DNA of 61,349 nucleotides from positions 1 to 61,349 of IMG/VR virus record IMGVR_UViG_3300036785_000284; one strand, 5' to 3'. Source of the stretch: a virus (taxonomy: Duplodnaviria > Caudoviricetes). Of the stretch, positions 55,858 to 61,349 are shown piece after piece (the first letter of the stretch is position 1; the number at the start of each line of letters is the position of its first letter). The notes beneath the pieces were generated by a model. The model ran no database searches and was not told the origin of the DNA. It saw nothing but the letters and a program-made list of their open reading frames with translations. The position numbers were made by a program, and so were the translations under genes.

Positions 55858-56190
55858 TTACTTACGGGCGTGAGGCTTCGCCGCCGGGTCATGCTCGGGC
55901 TGCGGCTGCTGATGCGCAGCGGCGTCCTTGGTCTCGACGGTGTCCTGCACATGCACGTCGTGGGTGACCGGCTGCACCTGGGTGAACTGATCGCCTTGAC
56001 TGGTTGTCGAACCCTCGACCGCGATGCCGACTTCGCTCGCCACTTTCTTGGCCGCCGGGGTGTCCTCGACAATCAGTTCGCCTTGGACACTCTTGCCGAC
56101 CAGAATGTGCTCGGCGCCGCGTACGGCGATCATCTGACCGCCGACCGACTGCGCGCCTTCGATCTTCTGCATGGCTTCTTCGAACTTCAT
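55858..56190 (-). CDS. Hypothetical protein
   Basis: AGGAGGAG RBS. Confidence 0.65.
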   Translation of the reverse strand: MKFEEAMQKIEGAQSVGGQMIAVRGAEHILVGKSVQGELIVEDTPAAKKVASEVGIAVEGSTTSQGDQFTQVQPVTHDVHVQDTVETKDAAAHQQPQPEHDPAAKPHARK

Positions 56191-56202
56191 AAGGTGCTCC
56201 TC

Positions 56203-56601
56203 CTAGACGCCGGGGTTGGCGATAGCGTCGATGTCGGCGAAGGCGGTGTTGCCTACGGCGTCGGTGATTGTCGCACGGAATATCGTTTCCCGGTGAGCAG
56301 GACCAGTGAAGCTCAGCTGCATCGTCCAGGGGCCGAGACCGGTGACGACGTTGGGATTGACGTAGAGGCTCCAGTCGAGGGAGCCAGAGATAGGCTGGAT
56401 GCCCAGCGAGTAGGGCACCACGCCGCCAGCAGGCGTGAGGACTGCGGTGTTGGTGTAGACCGGCGCGGAGCCGGACTTCCATGTGCCGGTCAGGGTGTTC
56501 GGGGTGGCGGTGACCGTCACGGCGGTCGGCGGCGGTGGTGGCGGCGGCGCAGGCGGCGGCGACATCAGGTTCCCGGCGGCGGAAATCAGTATGCCACTCA
56601 T
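56203..56601 (-). CDS. Small tail-associated Ig-like protein
   Basis: MSGILISAAG, poly-Pro linker, then a beta domain; ATGA-coupled. Confidence 0.6.
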   Translation of the reverse strand: MSGILISAAGNLMSPPPAPPPPPPPTAVTVTATPNTLTGTWKSGSAPVYTNTAVLTPAGGVVPYSLGIQPISGSLDWSLYVNPNVVTGLGPWTMQLSFTGPAHRETIFRATITDAVGNTAFADIDAIANPGV

Positions 56602-57554
56602 GACAGACCCAGCCCGTAGACCCACCACGTGTCGCCCCAGATGCACTCGATCACGCAACTGCCCGGCGCGGCCAGGGTGCGGCCGCCGACCGTGCCGGAC
56701 GGCAGCCAGACCAGCGACACGCCGCTGACCGGGATGATCGAGACCGACCCGTACATGTTGTTGATCTTGATGATCGTGCCCGGCGCTATCCCGGCGGAGC
56801 CGTTGGTGGGGATGTAGTAGGTGTGGGCGGCCCCGTCGGACTGGATGAACACCCGGCCGATGTCAGCGATGCCGAACACGTAGTTGGCGTTCTCGACGAC
56901 GTAGGGCATGCCCCGGTAGCCCGCCGACGAGACGTCACCGTTGTTCTGCTCGGTCAGGATGTTGCCCAGGTCGGTGGCGTCGACCTGGGCCCGCAGGCGG
57001 TTCTGGCTACCCCATCCCAGAAAGACCTTGTTCGCCCCCTGCGACGCGCCGCCGCCCTGCTGCACCGGCGTGAAGCCGAGGTTGGCCTGGGCGACACCCG
57101 CAGCTAAGCGGCTGGCGTCCAGTGAGCCGGGCGCGACGTCCGCACCAACGATCGACCCATCGGCGATGGTCGCCGAGGTCACCGACCCCGCCGCCAGTTG
57201 AGCGCCGGTGATCGCCCCGGCCGGGATCATCGCGGTGGTGATCTGCCGGTCGCGCAGCGCGGTCATCACGGCAGCGGTCAGCCGCAGGTCTATCTTCTCG
57301 CCGGACGCCAGATTGCGGGCGGCGGTGCCTTCCTGGCCCCGGTTGACGGTCAGGGTGTCGGCGTTGCGGCCGATGCACTGGACGATCTCGATGACGTTCG
57401 AGGAGTTGACGATGGTGGCCGCAAACCAATCCCCGCCTGATGGCGAGGGGAACAGCGACCCCTGGCCAGCGGTCAGCGTCAGGGCCGTGGCGCTGGCGCT
57501 GTAGGCCGCAGCCAAGGTCGCGGTGGCGTTGTTGGCGAACAGGGGGTTGGTCAT
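56598..57554 (-). CDS. Tail fibre / tail protein
   Basis: 'LFANNATATLA...EIV...LTVNRGQEGT' anchor and 'LGFTPVQQGG' fibre motif. Confidence 0.75.
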   Translation of the reverse strand: MTNPLFANNATATLAAAYSASATALTLTAGQGSLFPSPSGGDWFAATIVNSSNVIEIVQCIGRNADTLTVNRGQEGTAARNLASGEKIDLRLTAAVMTALRDRQITTAMIPAGAITGAQLAAGSVTSATIADGSIVGADVAPGSLDASRLAAGVAQANLGFTPVQQGGGASQGANKVFLGWGSQNRLRAQVDATDLGNILTEQNNGDVSSAGYRGMPYVVENANYVFGIADIGRVFIQSDGAAHTYYIPTNGSAGIAPGTIIKINNMYGSVSIIPVSGVSLVWLPSGTVGGRTLAAPGSCVIECIWGDTWWVYGLGLS

Positions 57555-57558
57555 GAGC

Positions 57559-58008
57559 CTAGCCTATCGTGACATCCCACGTCAGGTTCAGGGTCTGGTC
57601 GTCGAACTTATCCACAGCCAGGAAGACCACACGCGCCAGCATGTCGCCAGCCACCGCGTCGTTGAACAGCCCGGTCTCGGTCAGGGTGCCGGAGCCGACG
57701 CCGGGCGGCATCGAGGCGGTGTAGACGATCAGGTTGCCGGTCACCACGGTGGTCAGCGGCATGCGGGTGCCCGCCACCTCGTTGCCCAGCGCGGTGTCGA
57801 GCAGGCTCGGAGGCGTCGAGAACGAGCCGAACGCCGCATAGCTCATCGGGACTTTGGTGGGAGCCGCCTGCATGCGGTTGGCGACCACGCCCTTGCCGAC
57901 CGTAGTCACAAGGTTGACGGCCTCGCGATGCGCGGCGAGGCCGTCCGGCCCGACCAGTTCCAGCCGGACCAACCCTGTCACCCGGATGCCGTCGGGCGAT
58001 ACGTTCAA
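57559..58008 (-). CDS. Tail protein
   Basis: 'NLVTTVGK...DTALGNE...TETGLFN...MLARVVF'. Confidence 0.7.
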   Translation of the reverse strand: MNVSPDGIRVTGLVRLELVGPDGLAAHREAVNLVTTVGKGVVANRMQAAPTKVPMSYAAFGSFSTPPSLLDTALGNEVAGTRMPLTTVVTGNLIVYTASMPPGVGSGTLTETGLFNDAVAGDMLARVVFLAVDKFDDQTLNLTWDVTIG

Positions 58009-60212
58009 TGCACTGTCCCCGCTATCTGGGCTTCCAGGCTTTCCACCTTCGCGGTCAACTGTTGCACGGCCCTGACCAGGGTCGCCACCAGCGGCAGGGT
58101 GTTGATCCCCTCCAGGCCCTTCTCCTCGTCCACCTTGGGGATGAAGGCCCTGGGGATCAGCGGTTCGATCTCATCCGCGATCAGCGCGCAGTCCCACGGC
58201 TGTTGGGGTGCGCCGGGGAACGGCTCCATGTCGCAGGCCCAGACCTTGACTTGGTTTATGACCGCCAGCGCGTCCACCGAGGCGCGTTTGAGATGATGCT
58301 TGAGCCTCCGGTCGGATGCGCTTGTGGCCCAGGAAACTTGGTGGTCGAAAGAGGTAGCTTGGCCAACATTCGAGTACATGTAGCCGTTGACGTTCTGCAT
58401 CATATTCTGGACAGCCCACTGACTGCCCGCCACGAAAGAGCTGATGACGACGGTATACGGAGCGCCGCCATCTATCGAAGCCCCCAAAGCGCCGAACCAC
58501 TTGAAGGCAATCCAGTTACTACCCGCGTAACTAATGCCTGCTGTGCCGCCGATGGCTATGTTGCCGGACGGGTGTAGATTGGCTGCGTACAATTCGCCGC
58601 AATTAAGCTGATTACCTTGAGTGTTTAAGGACGTACATACAATAGCGTTCGTGTAGGTCGTTGCAGCGCTAAGGGTACAACTGGTCCCGACAGTCAACGA
58701 GTTGATATAGACCAGTCCGCTAGACCTTGTGATATTAAACGGGCTATCTATGTAGTTTCCGCCGTCGTCATATCGCAACAACATATAGTTAGACCCGGCG
58801 TTGCCGCCGCTTTCAGCGTCGGAATTACACCCCGCCACCCAACGATTGGCTCCAGTGTTGGTTGTGTAGTAAATCGCCTTCCAATTGCCGACCGGGTTGG
58901 AAATATACAATGCAAGGTTCGTGGTAAGATTACTGGCAGCACTTATGAACCCGGCTACTCCCAAGTTCTGAGCGAGGTTCACATTGCCGTTGGCGCGGTT
59001 GATGGTCAGCGGCGAGCCGAGGATCGCCCCGTTGTCGTCATACGCATCAATCGAGAAGTTCGACCCGGTGTTGCTGCCGCCCTCGGCGACGATGTTGGCC
59101 CCGACGTTCCAGCGAAGCGATGCGTTAGGCGGCGGGTAGGTGGCCGACGAGTAGATTTGCAGCGTCCGCCCGGTTCCAGCCGCCCCGTTGATCCGCAGAT
59201 GCGGCCCGGAGATTTTGGTGTAGTCGAGACCTCCGTTCGGGATTTTGGTGCCATAGATCGAGCCGTCCGCGATCTTGTTGAATGTGACCGCGCCGTCGAT
59301 CAGTTCCGGCGTGCCGACCGCGTTGGCGGCGATATTGGCCTCGGTGACCGCGCCGCTAGCGATCTTCGGCGTGGTGACCGCGCCGTTGGCGATGTTGCCG
59401 GTGGCGACCGCCTGGGTGGCCAGCTGGTTGCTGCCCACCGCACCGACGGCGATCTTCGACGTGGTCACCGAGCCGTCGACGATCTGCGGGGTGTCAACCT
59501 GATTGAGGACCGCCAGCTGCCCGAAGCCCTGTGTGTCGGCCGCCTGCACGTGGTCAAGCACATAGGTCGGCCCGGTGCGGACCATCAGCGCCTTGCCGAC
59601 GTCGCCCGCCGCCAGCGGCGGCAGCGCCCCAGGCGGGCCTTGTGGGCCGACCGGGCCGACGACGCCCTGCGGGCCTTGCGGACCCACTGGACCTACCGGA
59701 CCCACGACCCCCTGGATGCCTTGCTCGCCCTGGAAGCGAGCCAGGAACACCACCTCGTGCGTTGAGACGAGAGCGGTCCCAGAGATGTCCAAGGTGACGG
59801 GGATTTCAAAATAAGTCCCCCGGTCGAGCGGCGTGTTGGCGACCTTAAAGCTCACATAGCTGCCGGGCGTCGCCGCATCTTCCAGCAGCAGGTCATCGCC
59901 AGTCAGCAACAGGCGCAGGTAGTAGGTGATGTCGACCGCCGAGTTGGTCGTCGTGCTGGCGTACATCGTGGTCGCCGTCGTCGGGTCGCCGTTATCGAAC
60001 CGCACTTCTCCCGTTGCCGGGGGCGGCCCGATAACGGCGTTATAGATGTAGTCCGCGACGTTGCTGAGCACCGGTGTCCCCTTCTCGACGGCGTCAACCA
60101 CACCGATCGCCTCGACGAACCGCATGTCCAGACCGCTATAGTCGACCGAGACCAGCATCTCCAGATCGACGGGCTGGACGATGACCAGCAGGTCCTCGCC
60201 GCTGACCGGCAT
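58005..60212 (-). CDS. Tail fibre 2 with C-terminal S74-like chaperone
   Basis: Paralogue of fibre 1; collagen-like stretch; 'SDRRLKHHL...LIADEI...LVRAVQQL'. Confidence 0.88.
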   Translation of the reverse strand: MPVSGEDLLVIVQPVDLEMLVSVDYSGLDMRFVEAIGVVDAVEKGTPVLSNVADYIYNAVIGPPPATGEVRFDNGDPTTATTMYASTTTNSAVDITYYLRLLLTGDDLLLEDAATPGSYVSFKVANTPLDRGTYFEIPVTLDISGTALVSTHEVVFLARFQGEQGIQGVVGPVGPVGPQGPQGVVGPVGPQGPPGALPPLAAGDVGKALMVRTGPTYVLDHVQAADTQGFGQLAVLNQVDTPQIVDGSVTTSKIAVGAVGSNQLATQAVATGNIANGAVTTPKIASGAVTEANIAANAVGTPELIDGAVTFNKIADGSIYGTKIPNGGLDYTKISGPHLRINGAAGTGRTLQIYSSATYPPPNASLRWNVGANIVAEGGSNTGSNFSIDAYDDNGAILGSPLTINRANGNVNLAQNLGVAGFISAASNLTTNLALYISNPVGNWKAIYYTTNTGANRWVAGCNSDAESGGNAGSNYMLLRYDDGGNYIDSPFNITRSSGLVYINSLTVGTSCTLSAATTYTNAIVCTSLNTQGNQLNCGELYAANLHPSGNIAIGGTAGISYAGSNWIAFKWFGALGASIDGGAPYTVVISSFVAGSQWAVQNMMQNVNGYMYSNVGQATSFDHQVSWATSASDRRLKHHLKRASVDALAVINQVKVWACDMEPFPGAPQQPWDCALIADEIEPLIPRAFIPKVDEEKGLEGINTLPLVATLVRAVQQLTAKVESLEAQIAGTVH

Positions 60213-61349
60213 CAGACCGTCCCTCCTTCAAGCTCTACCACTCTAGCCTCCAGCCGCTGCACGGCGGCCCAGAGAACGGCGATCAGGTGGTGCGGGTGCA
60301 GCGCAACCGCGCGCCCATCGTCGTCGCCTACGCCCTTGATCGCGGCGTGCGGAAGCACCGCATCCACTTCGTCGGCCATGAACGAGAACGGCCAGTGTTC
60401 CGGCGCGGCCTTCCACTCAGGACCGTCTGCGGCGGGCTTCGGCGCATAGTCGCAAGACCAGATCGACAGGTTTCGCACGATGGCCAGCGGGTCCAGCTTC
60501 GGCTTTTTGATGTTGGCTTTCCGCAAGCGGTCAGACGAGCCGGTTGACCATTGCGTGCTTGAGCCTGAGCCATACCAGAATATGCCGTTCCCCTGACTGA
60601 CAGCGACACCTGCCATTTGAGCGTTGTACCAACTGCCGCTTACGAAATAGCCGACCATGACGCAGTTAGAAGCGATACCGCCGTTTTCGGCAGCGGTCAG
60701 GTTTCCGGTAAAGAAGCCCTGACCGCTGCATCCTAGAGTACCGTTGACTTGGACGGACGCAGTAGTCATGCCCCCGTCGACACGATTAACAGTTGTCGCT
60801 CCAAGGTAATTGCCACTGTCGTCAAACCGTCGAAGGTATAGTGTAGAGCCAGCATTACCGCCCGTCTCACTATCAGCAGCAGAAAGCATATCCCAGCGCG
60901 AGACACCATTAGTCGTGAACCGTATGCCCTTAGCGGTTGCGTTAGGGCCGTCAACTCCAACAATCCCATGAAAGCTTGATGCGCCGACGACATTCAGATT
61001 GCCACCCAAGGTCACCGCGCTATTCGCGCGAGTGATCTGGACGGCGTGGCCCAAGTAGGTGGTGCCGTTGTCGGCGTAGGCGTCGAGGTAGAAATCCGAG
61101 CCAGCGTTGCCGCCGCTCTCAGCGCCGTTGCTAGCGAAGGCCCAAGACCATCGCAGCGCCGCGCCGGACCGGACATTCATCCCGGCCCACGCGCCAGCCG
61201 GGCGAGCGATCTCGATGTAGGCGTTCCCGGATGATGGCGCGATGCGGAAAGTCGGGGTCGTGTCAGCCGCGCCCGGCGACACGATGGAAACAAGGCCGGT
61301 CGCGCGGTTGATGGTCAGCGTCGAACCGATAAGCGCTCCCGCATCACTA
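60212..61349 (-). CDS. Tail fibre 1, C-terminal part with peptidase S74-like intramolecular chaperone
   Basis: Repeated 'RW..ESGGNAGS.F' fibre modules and a C-terminal 'SDRLRKANIK...FMADEV...LWAAVQRL' S74-like signature. Confidence 0.85.
   Translation of the reverse strand, partial: SDAGALIGSTLTINRATGLVSIVSPGAADTTPTFRIAPSSGNAYIEIARPAGAWAGMNVRSGAALRWSWAFASNGAESGGNAGSDFYLDAYADNGTTYLGHAVQITRANSAVTLGGNLNVVGASSFHGIVGVDGPNATAKGIRFTTNGVSRWDMLSAADSETGGNAGSTLYLRRFDDSGNYLGATTVNRVDGGMTTASVQVNGTLGCSGQGFFTGNLTAAENGGIASNCVMVGYFVSGSWYNAQMAGVAVSQGNGIFWYGSGSSTQWSTGSSDRLRKANIKKPKLDPLAIVRNLSIWSCDYAPKPAADGPEWKAAPEHWPFSFMADEVDAVLPHAAIKGVGDDDGRAVALHPHHLIAVLWAAVQRLEARVVELEGGTV
61177..61349. repeat. Terminal overlap, right copy
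   Basis: 173-bp match to 1-173 with one mismatch. Confidence 0.95.

Noticed and set aside
58005-61349. Diversity-generating retroelement or invertible tail-fibre switch
   Set aside because: I found no reverse transcriptase or invertase, no TR/VR pair with adenine-specific differences, and the fibre genes are co-oriented.

Overview
The window is essentially a complete ~61.2 kb high-GC tailed-phage genome with a podovirus-type virion module, assembled as a circle. Bases 1-173 recur at 61177-61349 with one synonymous mismatch, and the join falls inside a tail-fibre gene. The minus strand (about 11.1 kb to 1, continuing 61.3 kb to 43.4 kb) carries terminase, portal, scaffold, major capsid, adaptor, two paralogous tail fibres, a tail nozzle-like protein, a GNAT and three ejection-type proteins, including a 2314-aa lysozyme/HExxH/PLxRFG protein. 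The plus strand (11.5-43.4 kb) carries early and accessory genes, an AAA+/vWA module, and replication genes (PolA, PD-(D/E)XK nuclease, DEDDh exonuclease, VRR-NUC, SNF2 helicase, SSB-like protein, HTH, primase-DUF927). I could not recognise an integrase, a partition system or a stand-alone endolysin. Strong GANTC avoidance points to an alphaproteobacterial host. The most notable observations are: (1) 11 intergenic copies of a 17-bp palindrome, GATTGCAC(G/C)GTGCAATC, whose flanks co-vary as hairpins and which sit in conserved leader architectures; (2) an rrn-like boxA plus kissing-loop early leader; (3) an orphan YhhA/triceptide-type RiPP precursor with no maturase, downstream of a structured RNA; (4) further ncRNA candidates; (5) a catalytically dead DUF2201 metallopeptidase; and (6) a Gp49-family candidate nucleotide sponge. 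All family assignments come from motif recognition by eye, not from database searches.
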